Shown: positions 42,039 through 57,498 of the stretch, one piece after another | Numbering within the stretch: position 1 is the first letter of the stretch | Layout: the number at the start of each line of letters is the position of its first letter | DNA from: Eledone cirrhosa | Taxonomy: Eukaryota | Assembly (NCBI GenBank): GCA_964016885.1 | Contig: OZ024748.1 | Location: 45,632,001-45,696,000, forward strand | DNA length: 64,000 bases | Direction: 5' to 3' | Position numbers and translations under genes: made by a program | The notes under the pieces: generated by a model | Seen by the model: the letters and a program-made list of their open reading frames with translations, nothing else | Databases searched by the model: none | Told to the model about the DNA's origin: nothing

Positions 42039-42570
42039 CAGAGGGCCTCAAAGTGGGTGCTACTGCTCCTCTGGGTGCCTTGAGAAGGTCCAGGAGGGTG
42101 TTGGGGGCCTAGGCGTTGAGGGTGGGTGGGTTAGAGATGATATAATAGTATATTAAATATCAAATGATACATATTATATATAAGAATAGGACGGTGGATT
42201 GGCAGTATCGGTAGAGTCGGACACCATGCTTTGCAGCATAGAGTTACGGTCCTTTGCGGTCTGAGTTCAAATCCCGCCGAGGTTAACTTTGCCTTTCATC
42301 CTTACGGGGTCGATAAAATAAAGCACCAGTAACGTACTGGGGTCGATTTAATTGACTCCCCCTCCCCCAAGTTACTGGCCTTGTGTCTATACCATAAATC
42401 ATTATTTATAAATGTAAAATAAAAATAAAAATATAATATTTATTTATAGTTAGTATATATTATATTACAATTTGCATGTAGGCAAGTCTCTCTGGAAATA
42501 GAGTTGGGGACGCTGAGGGTATTTCGTAGCCGTGAGAGGAGCGCTGGCTCAAAATGTTTGAGAACTTCTG
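42039..42570. mobile_element. hAT-type MITE (inverted relative of 7631-8202) with an independent SINE insertion (~42190-42400)
   Basis: TIRs cagagggcctcaaa / tttgagaacttctg; TSD ctctagaa/ctgtagaa. Confidence 0.75.
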
Positions 42571-42622
42571 CTGTAGAATGTCCACCAAAGTCCAAGTCAA
42601 TGACAGTGTAATTATTCTATTA

Positions 42623-42772
42623 CAGGGTGGGCCAGAATTCGTGACTCGCTTGTTAGGTATATTTTTTAAGGTGCTTATTTTATTGTTATTATATTGTTTT
42701 AATTTATTATTTTATTTCTTAATATGCCTCACTATAAATAATCAAGTGAGTCATGAATTCTGGTCCACCCTG
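42623..42772. mobile_element. Tc1/mariner MITE
   Basis: TA-cagggtgggccagaattcgtgactcgcttg ... caagtgagtcatgaattctggtccaccctg-TA. Confidence 0.85.
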
Positions 42773-43979
42773 TACTCAGTATGCCCTTCACCTTTTATAA
42801 ACGATTGGTTATTTAAAGTTTCTTCCAGCACTCCGGCTATTTCTTGAGATTCAATACGAATTGAATTAAATGAATTCCATTAATCAACCTGAATGGCGAA
42901 AGTAAATAGTCAGCCTGAATCCATTTTTGTCAATGCTAATTAATTGACTTGTCAGTTTATTTCTCTATTGCGATGCATTAAACATGTCATGCAATAATTA
43001 AGCTTAATTATTATTTCAGCCATAAATAAGACCGCTTGCACTAATCAAATTATTACTAATATATATTGTAACTACTGTAACGCTAACCATCACCATTAAA
43101 TCAATTTGAGATTTTTAAACAGTTAAGAAACATTTTATTGTGTAAACTTCCTACTTTCACCTTACGAAGTTAAGCCGAACTATTGCTCAAATTATCAATT
43201 AAAAATGAATAGGCACATTTTCAACGTTTGACAACGAAAACAATTTTACATTTTATTAAGACAATGTATGAGGAATAACAATTTAATTTGTACGTCTTAG
43301 TAGCTACAGTAACAATGTTATGTGTTAATCAACCACGCAAATCTATCATTTAAGATTTGTGCTTTTAGGTTTTCATTTAAATGACGACCAGGGTCTATAA
43401 AGAAACGGTTTTCTCGGTCAAATTCCTCACATAATTTACGACGATTAAACTACCATCATAGTCGCTGAATTGGCAGAATCGTTAGAACGTCAAATAGAAT
43501 GCTTTGCGTTATTCGTTCCGACTCTCTGCTCTCTGAGTTCAAATCCCACTGAGGTAAATATTGCCTTTCATCCATTCGAGGTTGATAAAAATCTACCAGT
43601 CTAGTACTGAGACCAATTCTTCCTCTGTATCTCGTCCTCACTTTCATTCTCTCACTCTGAATCCTTCTCTGGGAGAAATCTGCTATATTCAGGCCTGGAG
43701 AGGAGATGGGCTCAGCCAGATTTTAAAATATCCTAGAAGCGCCGTACGTCAATACCGTGTCCTTACAACTCCCCGGGAAGTTACGAGACAAAGAAGAAGC
43801 CATCGTCTCGAACACAAAGGCTGTAGTCTAAGATTTTGCCTCCCTCGTGCATTCAATCTTCTTACTGCCAATTGCCTTTACCCCACTCATTCATCTTTAC
43901 TCAGGTTGCGTGACTCAAAGTCATTTTACCTCAACTCAGGTCTTTAATCTACGAGAGTAGGTCGGGATGTTTACAGGCT

Positions 43980-44410
43980 GACTATGAAGGAGTAATGATA
44001 AAGCTGTGAAATCTTGCATACATTAATTTTCACTCTTTTTATTAATAACTGCATTGTTTCTTTCCAGGGACTATGTTTAAAAATAAACCTCATTTGGTCA
44101 TTCCCTGAGAGTATCTATCTTGGTCATAGGATGTCTATGAAGTAGTGATGCTACAGCTGTGACATCTTACATGCATTAATTTCAACTCTTCTTAATAATA
44201 ACCGCATTGTTTCTTTCCAGGGACTATGTTGAAAACTAAACCTCATTTTGTCATTCCATGAGAGTATCTTGGTCATAGGATGTTAATGAATTATTGATGC
44301 TAAAGCTGTATTAATTTCAACTCTTTTTATTAATAACTACATTGTCACTTTCCAGGGTCGATATTGAACAATAAAACCCATTTTGTCATTCTATGAGAGT
44401 ACCTTGGTCA
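43980..44410. repeat. ~130-150 bp unit x3 (dispersed copy at ~60835-60955)
   Basis: Repeated attaatttcaactc...attaataac..cattgtttctttccaggg...gagagtatcttggtca. Confidence 0.75.
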
Positions 44411-45489
44411 ACCTATAAACCTTTAAACCTGCCCACGTCTAATATAGACCTCTAATCCATTAGATTCCGTTTAGGTTTTCAATCTAATAAATTGTCTCAC
44501 ATATCATTCAACCATTTTATTCAACAACTAAACAAATATCTATTCCAGGTGAAAAAGTTTTTTTTTTATTTTAAAACTTTTACTATTGACTTTATCACCT
44601 CGCAAGTGATTCTTACTGGGTGTGTTTAGAAGCAGCTAAGTTCCATTAGATTCTCATTGCTAGCAATAAATATCACTGCCCGTCAATTTAAATCGATAAC
44701 GATCGTCTTATCTTAAATTGTTTTATGGAAAACAATCTTGGAATTGAAATAGTAAATGTTTTATGGATGACTGTTCTTTAACTTGTGTTGACATTATTGG
44801 AAGCATTTACAATTCTACCACTTTTAATAAACGTTATCTAACAACGTACGAGCGTTAGATTGCTGTAAACAATCATTGTAACCAAACGCCGTTATTTAAA
44901 ACTATCCTTTCAATTGGGAAAGTGGCGGGGATTCGTTAAACATTTCCTCTTAAGCAAATGTTTAGTTTTAGTTTCACTACTGCATGAAATCTTACTAATT
45001 CAGCACTAGCCGTAAGAACCGGTGATTAGATATTTGCAATTGCTACGATGCATTGAATCTGATTCTGGCGTCGAATATTTAAAAATGTTTGTTATCTTTA
45101 TATCCTTCATCTATTTTATTTGGAGAATAGAATGAAATAATTAAGTAATGTTTGAGTAACTCTAAGTAAGTTAAAATCATGTTTAGTATTTGTGTGTGTT
45201 GTAGCTGTGTCTATTCTCTGTTACTTTCTCTCTTACTCCACTCTGTGTACATGTTTGCAGACGTGTATGTTACAGTTAGTTGTTCATTTGATTCACTTGT
45301 AAGACTTCCGCAGACCAAATGACGGGACTTGAAGAAAGTTTTCAGAAAGAGAAATATAAGAATATATATTGGTTCTCGGTCGAGTGAAAGTAAAGCAAAG
45401 ACAATTAAGTTGAAGTGAAAAAGATGGTGAAGTAGGGAAGAGAAACACAACAAGTGAAATACAATAAGAGAAAATAAAAAAGAAATGCA

Positions 45490-46200
45490 AATCTGAGAGA
45501 ACAATGTATTTCATCAAAGTAGATTTAAACATATATAGCTGTTTGAGTCGAGTTCAAATCTAAGAGAACGATGTATATCGTCAAAGTTGATTTATACATA
45601 GATAGCTGTTTGAGCCGAGTTCAGTAAATTTATACACAGCTGTTTGAGTCGAGTTCAGTAACTGTATACATAGATAGCTGTTTAAATCGAGTTCAGTAAA
45701 TGTATACATAGATAGCTGTTTAAATCGAGTTCAGTAAATTTATACATAGATAGCTGTTTGAATCGAGTTCAGTAAATTTATACATAGATAGCTGTTTCAG
45801 TCAAGTTCAAATCTGAGATAATGACGAATTTCGTCAAAATTAATTTAAACATAGATAGTTGTTTGAGTCAAGTACAAATTTAAGAGGACGACGTATATCG
45901 TCAAAGTTATTTTATATACAGAGAGCTGTTTGAGCCGAGTTCAGTAAATGTATACATAGATAGCTGTTTGAGCCGAGTTCAGTAAATGTATACATAGATA
46001 GCTGTTTGAGTCGAGTTCAAATCTGAAAGAAGAATGTATTTCATCAAAGTGAATTTAAGCATAGATAGCTGTTTGAGCCGAGTTCAGTAAATGTATACAT
46101 AGATAGCTGTTTGAATCGAGTTCAAATCTGAAAGAAGAATGTATTTCATCAAAGTGAATTTAAGCATAGATAGCTCTTTGAGTCGAGTTCAAATATGAAT
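45490..46200. repeat. Compound minisatellite (core atagatagctgtttgag[t/c]cgagttca with two alternating spacers)
   Basis: Short (~38 bp) and long (~60 bp) units are interleaved. Confidence 0.85.
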
Positions 46201-47042
46201 TGAAACTTTGTTATTTTCTGTATTTTCGGGGTCATGATATTAGGGACTTGAACGAAATAAACATTCACATTTGTTAATCTAAGCTCGTATTTTCAAAGTA
46301 TGGTATGGTATGGTCCCGTAACTCCTAGTGGAGTCGTAGGGACGCCGTATTGACATACGGAGTTTCTTGGGTATTTTAAGCTTGGCAGAGCTCATCCACT
46401 CCCAGGCCTGAAGACAGCAGTTGTATGCCAGCCGAAAATTATTAGATAGTATAAGATAATTGTTTCTACTTTTGGCACAAGGCCAGCAATTATCCCAGTG
46501 TATTACTGGTACTTTATTGTATCGACCCCGTAAGGATGAAAGGCAAAGGTAACCTCGGAGGGATTTGAACTCAGTCAGACCATAAAGGGCCGTAACTCTT
46601 TGCTGAAAAGTATGACGTCCGACCCTCTACCGATACTGCCAATCCACCGTCCTTTAGATAGATATGATAATTGTTTCTACTTTTGGCACAAGGCCAGCAA
46701 CTGCCCAGTGTATTACTGGTACTTCATTTTATCGACCCCGTAAGGATGAAAGGCAAAGTTAACCTCGTATGATAATAAAGCTTAGGTTTAGTTGCTTTTG
46801 TTTCAAGAGAGAAAACAGAGGGAAGGTGTGTGGTTGTGAGATTCTATCGGAAATATCGAGTGTAGGAAAGATTCATGTAGAAGGCGGTATAATTTAAAGG
46901 CATGTATTAGATATATCATATATATTATAGACATCTACATATGTATAAATATACATATTATATATACATATTGTATATATATTTATGTAAACATATGTAT
47001 GTGCTTGTTATTATATGTATATGTATACATATGTATTGTTAT

Positions 47043-47073
<31 letters not shown>

Positions 47074-47164
47074 CGAGAGGAGGAAGTATATCCTAGACTT
47101 TATATATATATTTATATCTATTTGTATGTATGTATGTATGTATATATATATATATATTGTGTAT

Positions 47165-47772
47165 GTCAGGTCACCACTTGGTGCTACTGGTAACATGTAT
47201 TCCAGTACAACCTGTCCCATGGTCGGGTCGTTGGCGACTAAACTGGCAACCCCACCAAGGTTTCTTGGTGAGGAGGGTGACTTTGGACATCCTGCAGGAC
47301 TAAAAACAAAACCTGTCAAAGGGCAAAGGAGCTCTTTAGAGTCAATGGCCATCCAAAATCACCGGGAGAGATGACCCCTTAGCCTTTGTCAAGGCAGAAT
47401 TCTAGGAGAAGGAAAACTCTGATATAACACCTGCAACCCTGATGGTATCCAATGATGTTGACTTGTTCTTCTTTTTGGTAAATATCATCTTGGTTAAGAG
47501 AGTGGGACTGGCTTTGTGCAGTGCCTTTGCTCACTATAAAAGCTTCACGGCACAGGCATTGCTTTGTATCTGGAGATCTCTCTGCACTTGTCGTCACATG
47601 GCACCATGGGCCCAGCACTATGTGTCAATAACTGTCACAAGTGTCGTGTTTGTACCAGAGTTTTCAAGTCGCTGGCTGGACTAAAAAGTCACACTCGTTC
47701 AGCGCATCGGTAGGGGTTCTCCTACATGGATATAAAGTAGTGGCCGTACTCGAAAACGAGTTGGCAGCCACC
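47165..47772 (+). mobile_element. Internally deleted RTE-like element (5' UTR-like segment joined to a 3' end with a decayed zinc finger)
   Basis: cccatggtcgggtcgttggcgactaaactggcaacccc head; C..C...SHT-like remnant near 47630-47700; between (TA)n. Confidence 0.45.
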
Positions 47773-47781
47773 ATATATATG

Positions 47782-47848
<67 letters not shown>

Positions 47849-48030
47849 GTATATATATTATGTGTATGTGTATATATATATTTTTATATATATATATTCA
47901 AAACAGTGGGGCACACATGACAGAGACAATAGAAAATCCAATGGGAAAACGGACAGTCCCATCTCCTTAGTCAACCTCTGGAAATCTTGTGGCTATTGTG
48001 TGCGTGTGTGTGTGTGCGCGTGTGTGTGTG

Positions 48031-48134
<104 letters not shown>

Positions 48135-48539
48135 CAAATTTATTCTCGTTTATTAGCATACTGTTTTGTTTTGTCACCCGTTGGATAACAGCGAGCCGTT
48201 CCGATTGAGACATGTCCTGTCTCCTATTCTGTTGATGACCTTCTGGAGCTTGGAATCATCTGCGAACATTCTTTTCTTGCTGTGCTTGATGACGTATATG
48301 ATGTCATTTTTATAAATAATGAAAAGAAGTGAGCCAGACGTGAGTCAGTAGTGGAACTCCACTACTGACTTGGGCTGAACTTCATTATATTCTTTCGACC
48401 TCGACATCTCAGGAAACATTTAACCCACAGTAGTAGCTTTTCGCAGTTTTTCCAACGTAAAAGTAGAAGATCGACTGTGAGCTCGGCCATTTCGGCTAGT
48501 TACCGCAGATTATAAATGTATATATGCACACACACACAC

Positions 48540-48570
<31 letters not shown>

Positions 48571-48770
48571 NNNNNNNNNNNNNNNNNNNNNNNNNNNNNN
48601 NNNNNNNNNNNNNNNNNNNNNNNNNNNNNNNNNNNNNNNNNNNNNNNNNNNNNNNNNNNNNNNNNNNNNNNNNNNNNNNNNNNNNNNNNNNNNNNNNNNN
48701 NNNNNNNNNNNNNNNNNNNNNNNNNNNNNNNNNNNNNNNNNNNNNNNNNNNNNNNNNNNNNNNNNNNNNN
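48571..48770. other. Assembly gap (200 N)
   Basis: Run of N adjoining a (TA)n tract. Confidence 1.
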
Positions 48771-49139
48771 TAGTTCACTTGAAGCATTGTTTAATGAGGT
48801 ATAAACGTTTGTATATGTATAATAAAGCCAAAACAATGCAGGTATGGACATAGAATAAAGAATGCAAATGCAAAAGATATTGTTGACAATTAGTCTTTTA
48901 CCTTAGATTTATTTAAATGTTCTAAATAGCTTGCCAAGGCTTCACTTGGCAAGCTATTTAGAACACTGGTTTAACCGCTTTACTTCCCTCCGAAGAAGAG
49001 AAATTATCTCGAAAATTAAGAACATTTAAATAAATCTAAGGTAAAAGACTAATTGTCAACAATATCTTTTGCATTTACATTCTTTATTCTATGTCCATAC
49101 CTGCATTGTTTTGGCTTTATTATACATATACAAACGCCC

Positions 49140-49620
<481 letters not shown>

Positions 49621-49632
49621 ATATATATATAT

Positions 49633-51936
49633 AGTAAGGGAAGCAGAAAATTGCTTATTGTGATCCAGTTCGTGGTTAAGAAAGCCAGTTTCATGGACGG
49701 TTTCAACGTACGGTTAGGGGTAACTCCATAAGTTGTAAGAATTCCGTTCAATCTTGGAGTATAAAGTATAAAAGAGAAAACACAGGTAAGCATTAAGAGA
49801 AGGATTTTATCCAGGTATTTACGACCGTTTCATTGGTAAGTGCAACCTTATATTGCTATACTACAAATATCAGCCACTCAATTATAATTGTTGTTCACGT
49901 CCAAATTTTCAAAATAGTGAGTAAGTTACTCTTGAAATAGTTCTTAATATATAGAGAAAAACATTTTTTTGGAATTGTATTTACTAGTATAGAGAGAGAG
50001 GAAGAGGAATTAGAAGGTGAGGGGACAAACGGAATAGTATAGAGAGAGAGGAAGGGGGAGAAGGGGGAGAAGGGTTAGGAAGTAGAGTGACATTCTGAGA
50101 TGGAGCGAGGGGTAGAGGTGGAAGGATTCCTTGATCAGTTTTGATATGTAGACTTCATGTCGTCGAATGTAGTGAGTTAAAGAGAATTAAATTGATCATA
50201 GTGGGAGGGATGGAGAGAGAGCGAGAGAGAGAGAGGGGATATATAAAGAGATAAATATATATATAAAAAATAAAGATAAAGATAATAATGACAAAAATAA
50301 AAGCAAAGAAGGGGGGAGAAAGAAGAAAAGAAAAGATAACCAAAAAGGGGAGGGAAGGAAGGAAGGAAGAAAAGGAAGAAATAGAAAAGGAATGAAGGAG
50401 AAGGGAGGGATATATGTATTGGTTTTTGTGGGTAAGTAAAAGGGTTTAGATACAATAAGAGGGTATAAAGTCTAAGTATATGCAGTTTGTGAGTTGGTAG
50501 TAAGAGGTTAAGGGTTCGATTTGCACTTGTAGTGCGAAAACTTTTCTTTGATTCTATCGTTACAATAAATCGATCTTACGATTTTATTGTTGGGTAACTT
50601 ATTCTTTGAACTCAAAATGTGGAACAGCTCAAGGTCACATAATCGACAGCTTCTCATACCACTCCGATATGGGGCGCGTTCGATAATTTTTTCCACTAAC
50701 CACTATTGATGGTTACTTTCCCTAAGTTGCCAGGTCTTGTTTGCAAGGATAGTTACATAACGGTGCTGGGAATGTTTCATTGCGTAACGGTGTGTATACC
50801 AACGGGCTTTAAATGTATTCCCAGTCGCTCCGATGTAATACCATTTCTGGTTGTCTGATTCCACTGTGCATTGGTAAACCGGGTTAGACTGCATACATAA
50901 TGAATGTATGTAGTCTAACACACCGTTACGCAATGAAACATTCCAGCATCGTTATGTAACTACCATTGCAAACAAGACCTGGCAACTTAGGGAAAGTAAC
51001 CATCAATACACCCTGAAGTGGAAAAAATTATCGAACGCGCCCCCATATCGGAGTGGTATGAGAAACTGTCGATTGTGTGACCTTGAGCTGTTCCACATTT
51101 TGAGTTCGAAGAATAAGTTACTCAACAATAAAATCGAAAGATCAATTTATTGTAGCCATAGACTCAAAGAAAAGTTTTCGCACTACAAGTGCAAATCGAA
51201 CCCTTAACCTCTTACTACCAACTGACAAACTGCATATACTTAGACTTTATACCCTCTTATTGTATCTAAACCCTTTTAATTACCCACAAAAACCAATACA
51301 TATATCCCCCTCTTCTCCCTCATTCCTCTTCTATTTCTTCGTTTTATTCCTTCCTTCCCTCCCCTTTTTGGGTATCTTTTCTTTTCTTATCCCCTCTTCT
51401 TTGCTTTTATTTTTGTCATTATTATCTTTATCTTTATTTTTTATATATATATTTATCTCTTTATATCTCCCCCGTCTTTCTCTCTCTATCTCTCCATCCC
51501 TCCCACTATGATCAATTTAATTCTCTTTAACTCATTACATTCGACGACATGAAATCTACATATCAAAACTGATCAAGGAATCCTTCCACCTCTACCCCTC
51601 GCTCCATCTCACATTGTCACTCTACTTCCTAACCCTTCTCCCCCTTCCTCTCTCTCTATACTATTCCGTTTGTCCCCTCACCTTCTAATTCCTCTTCCTC
51701 TCTCTCTATACTAGTGAATACAATTCCAAAAAATGTTTTTCTCTATATATTAAGAACTATTTCAAGAGTAACTTACTCACTATTTTGAAAATTTGGACGT
51801 GAACAACAATTATACTTGAGTGGCTGCTATTTGCAGTATAGCAATATAAGGTTGCACTTACCAATGAACGGTCGTAAATACCTGGATAAAATCCTTCTCT
51901 TAATGCTTAACTGTGTTTTCTCTTTTATACTATTTA

Positions 51937-51940
<4 letters not shown>
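49633..51940. mobile_element. Large inverted Penelope-like element: ~1-kb arms, each with a GIY-YIG pseudogene remnant (50508-50915 -, 50921-51207 +)
   Basis: VYQCTV...YYIGATGNTFKARWYTH...LANKTWQL...CRLCDLE; 49762-50792 mirrors 50921-51930; tail on the left. Confidence 0.9.
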
Positions 51941-51998
<58 letters not shown>

Positions 51999-52365
51999 TA
52001 AATCATGTCCCTTAGAATTATTAGATAAAATATATACTATTTCCTCTTCTAATTAGCATAATTAACCATATAAAAATCATTTAGACCAAGCTATAAGAAG
52101 AAAGGCTCTTATGAGGAAATCTCCGACAAATAACTGAAAGTGGCCTCTTCGCGGTGGCCCAATAGATTATTTATCCAACATTTCGACAGCATGTAGAAAC
52201 TGACTAAATATCATCAACCATTTATGATTTATGATATATTGCTCTGATTATTTAATTTATTAATTCTTCATAGAGCTTAAAAGGGACTAGTTGCAACATA
52301 TATATATCTATGACTTTATGTATATGTAAACCTTTATATATATATATATATATATAGATAGATAG

Positions 52366-52440
<75 letters not shown>

Positions 52441-52449
52441 CATAGATAG

Positions 52450-53622
52450 ATAAATTTCTTTATTAGCGACAAGGGCACAAAAGAAGGGGACAAATACAAA
52501 TGGGGAGTTTCCATACAGGTATATGAAAATAAATCTATCAATACAATAACAAATAACAATTGAAAACCCCAATAGGGGGGAGGTGTTACACAGGGGTTGT
52601 ACAAACCCCGAAAAAATGTACAACCCTCATCTCCAGGAGCACCAAGAGTGAGTACTCCCTTCCTCTTTTCCTCTTTTTCCTCAACCTACAGACTTATATA
52701 GAGAGAAGGCCCAACCACTCGGGTCATCTTTGCCACATTCACCCACCTTTTATAACATTTGCTGGGGTATAGTACCTCTCTCTCCATCCTGATTCTTTTT
52801 CCAAAATGATATTTGAAAAAACGAATCAGTTGCTCACCGGAGAGAAAGGTGTCTGACCTCAGCCCTTTTAACCTCGTCCACCATATAACCTCTTTCCCAT
52901 AGCCATAACACATAGGAACACCGCCTCTTCCTCGTTTTTGAAGGAGGGTGGCGGTTTGATCATGACAATGGACTCGGTGTTCAACTGGATTGGTTCCACC
53001 CGCGACAATAGTCGGGAGCGCCAGGGCAGTTTACAAATGCGTGTGCGACGGTTTCCTCGTCGCGCACGCATCTCGGACAGATCTTTTTCGAAGGGTCCCT
53101 ACCCGGGCGCCCGTGTCTGTAGGGCTTGTCTCGAACTGGTAGAGCTCCTCGGTAGCACTGCCAGGCCAGGACTTTTGGAAGTTGTCCATTGGTCCCGGGC
53201 GGAAAGTCCTACCGAACAGACTGGCCAGTTCGTCCTCCTCTACGCCTAGAGTTTCTCCGAGTGTGTCGTCGCACTTGAGCGGACCAACCCTCTATAGAAT
53301 GTCGAAGTGGAGTCTCCATTGATCGCCGGGTCCGTTTGCCAGAGGACTGTGAGTGCCTGAGCACATTCGATGTGCCAGTCGCCCATTTTCCTCATTCTTT
53401 GCTTGACCCAGGAATGCAGCTCGGTCAGCGAGACGAGTCGTGGCAAGGCTCACCTCACCGGTTGTCTGGTGAGGATACGTGGAGGTGCCGCAGCCTGAGC
53501 GTGTGTTTGCGCATCGTCAGCCACAGCTTTCCCAGCCCCCCGTTTGAAGGGTGTTGGCAGCAGATGGATCTTCTCACCAAAGGAGCCGTTTCTTCCAAAG
53601 GAATTGGAAGAGCGCGCGCTCC
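52450..53622 (-). mobile_element. Tx1/L1-like LINE 3' fragment in (GATA)n/(GA)n
   Basis: Decayed GPMDNFQKSWPGS..RGALPVRD..; 3' aataaag followed by (ATCT)n; homologous to 53880-54850. Confidence 0.75.
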
Positions 53623-53700
53623 ATACATAGATAGATAAATCGATAGATAGATGGATAGTTACATAGACACATATATATACATATGTGTCTATCTTTCAAT

Positions 53701-53748
<48 letters not shown>

Positions 53749-53775
53749 ATATATCTATCTATCTATACCCCCCCC

Positions 53776-53822
<47 letters not shown>

Positions 53823-53877
53823 TAGATAGATATCTTTATCGATAGATAGATAAATAGATAGATAGTTAGATAGATAT

Positions 53878-54852
53878 CTTTCTTTATTTGCCACAGGGGC
53901 GTAAAAAGATGGGACATTACAACACGTGACGGCAGGGGTTTTACATAAAAATAACTTTAACATTAATAAATAACAATAAACTATATATAATAAAATAACA
54001 ATTGAAATCCCCAGTAGGGGGGAACGTTCCTGCAGGGTTGTTTTACACCCCGTGGATAGAACAACCCTCAACACCAGGAACACGTTTTGTAGGTGTTTCT
54101 GTCTTCCCTCTGTTTATCTTCTTCAACCTACAGGTTTATATACAGAGAAGGCCCATTCACTCGGGCCATTTATGCCACATTCACCCACCTTTCAGCGAAT
54201 TTACTGGGGTGTAACACCTCTCTCTCCACTCTCATCTTCCTTCTGAAGTGATACTTAAAGAAGGGGATAAGTTGTTGTCCGGAGAGAAAGGTGTTTGCCC
54301 TCAGTCCTTTTAACCTCGTCCACCATATTACCTCTTTCGCCATAGCCACCAGAAGAGGAAAACCGCCTCTCCTTCGTTCTTAAATGAAGGCGGCGGGGTG
54401 ATCCTCACGATGGACTCGGCTGACAACTGGATGCGCCCCACACGTGACAGTAGCTGTTCGACATGATTCCACAGGTCGGTCACCCCTGGGCACTGTACAA
54501 TTGCGTGCAGAACGGTTTCGATGTTCTGCTCGCATCTTGGAGAGGACCTTTTGGCAGGAACTCTGCCAGGGCGTACGTGCCTGTAGATTTTGTCTCGAAC
54601 TGGTAGAGCTCCTCGGTAGCACTGCCAGGCCAGAGACCTCTGAAAGTTATCCATAGGCCCTGGACGGAAAGTCCTCCCGAACAGACTGGTCAGTTCGTCT
54701 TCCTCGATGCCTAGAGTTTCCCCGAGAACGTCGTCGCACTTATCCTCCACTAATCCCCTATATAATGTCGAAGTGGAGTCTCCGCTGATTGCCGTTTCCG
54801 CTTGGTAGAATGGTGTGAGCGCCTGTAGGCACTCGATGTGGCAGGCACCCAT
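53878..54852 (-). mobile_element. Tx1/L1-like LINE 3' fragment (zf-RVT region)
   Basis: AWQCYRGALPVRDK...PRCEQNIETVLHAIVQCP..W; flanked by (GATA)n. Confidence 0.8.
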
Positions 54853-55010
54853 ATAGATAGGTATATATAGAGATAGATAGAGACATAAACAAAAATTAAA
54901 TTCTATCCAAATCTCTATTTAAACCTGCGATTATAAGATGTGTAGCTGACATATAATATGGAATGGGTGAGTGGAAACTATTACTGTAATCCATCTAATA
55001 AATTACATAG

Positions 55011-55102
<92 letters not shown>

Positions 55103-55221
55103 GTGGTGAGATATAGAGGGAGAGAGAGAAATGGACGTGGTGAGATATAGAGGGAGAGAAAGAGATGGAGGTGGTGAGATATAGAGGGAAAGAGAGAAAT
55201 AGATGTGGTGAGATATGGAGG

Positions 55222-55286
<65 letters not shown>

Positions 55287-55495
55287 GTGTGTGGTGAAAT
55301 AGAGAGGGAAACTGTGAGAGAGAACAAAATGAGAGAGATAGTGAGGAAGATATACATAATCAGATAGAGAGGGCGTGTGTGAGATAGAGGGACGGGTAGG
55401 AAGTCAGAAAGAGGAAGAGAGAAAGATATATATATGTATATATATATATACGTATATATATATGTGTATGCATTTATGCATGTATGTTTAATGTG

Positions 55496-55599
<104 letters not shown>

Positions 55600-55811
55600 C
55601 ATATATACATATATACATATATGTATATATAATATGTTTATATATATATTATAAATATATATACATATATATATTAGAAAGTGAGGTTTTTTTTACAAAA
55701 TGAAAAATAACCGAGGTGTCCTACACGAGTGGAAGTATAAAGAAAAAGGGATGAAATCGAAAATGCAACTGAAGTCTTATTTTTTTAAAAAATATATATA
55801 TTTATTTGGTT

Positions 55812-55849
55812 CCTTTACCGGTTTCGCAGTTCTTCTGCTTTTCAAAAGG
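55812..55849 (-). ncRNA. Minimal hammerhead with a U3-A8 compensatory core
   Basis: Minus strand reads cctt-TTGAAAA-gcag aagaa ctgc-GAAA-CCGG-TA-aagg. Confidence 0.7.
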
Positions 55850-55895
55850 TGAGTTGAGATGGAGGGTCTGTGGTTTTTCTCACATCATACATATA

Positions 55896-56001
<106 letters not shown>

Positions 56002-56189
56002 TATATGATTTTTCCCTGGATTTCTCTAAATTCTGTTGGATAAATCTATATCCTGATTCCTTTTGAATTGAGTCTGAATTATTTTTCCCATATCTTATGT
56101 TAACTATTTTCCCATTTTGACGATATAGTCGCATATATGTTATGGAATACTGTTAGCTTCTCGCTACAACAATTTCCATACTTTTCATT

Positions 56190-56290
<101 letters not shown>

Positions 56291-56294
56291 ATAC

Positions 56295-56401
<107 letters not shown>

Positions 56402-56546
56402 GTTTATATATATATATATATATATATATAGATATAGATATATATACATATATACATATAAACATATATATATATATAAATATATATACATATATACATA
56501 TATATATGTATATATATATATATATGTATATATGTATATATATATC

Positions 56547-56584
<38 letters not shown>

Positions 56585-56629
56585 TATATGTAGATAAATC
56601 TACCAAGAGTTTACGGTAGTGTCCAATCC

Positions 56630-56688
<59 letters not shown>

Positions 56689-56721
56689 GATATAGATATA
56701 TATATACATATATACATATAT

Positions 56722-56791
<70 letters not shown>

Positions 56792-57043
56792 ATGGTAAAC
56801 ATTAGAGGCAGCTAAGCTATATGACATGTGACGTTATTCCATTCAACGTTAACACGTGACGTTATTCCATTTCAACATGTCCTCTCTCTGAAAGGTAAAG
56901 ATATGTAACAGATCTTGTTGCCGTTCAATAATTATTGGTATCGATTTCTTTATCAGATGTAATCAAAATATGTGTTACAACCATTGTTTAATCTACTAGT
57001 GTTTCCACTATGTAAATATGGATCTCTCTGTCATGTGTAGACA

Positions 57044-57104
<61 letters not shown>

Positions 57105-57122
57105 ATATAGTGTATATACATA

Positions 57123-57190
<68 letters not shown>

Positions 57191-57215
57191 CATATATATG
57201 TATATACACACACAC

Positions 57216-57251
<36 letters not shown>

Positions 57252-57280
57252 ATATATACATATATATGTATATATAAATA

Positions 57281-57358
<78 letters not shown>

Positions 57359-57377
57359 AATACATATATATGTATAT

Positions 57378-57436
<59 letters not shown>

Positions 57437-57451
57437 CATATATATGTATAT

Positions 57452-57498
<47 letters not shown>

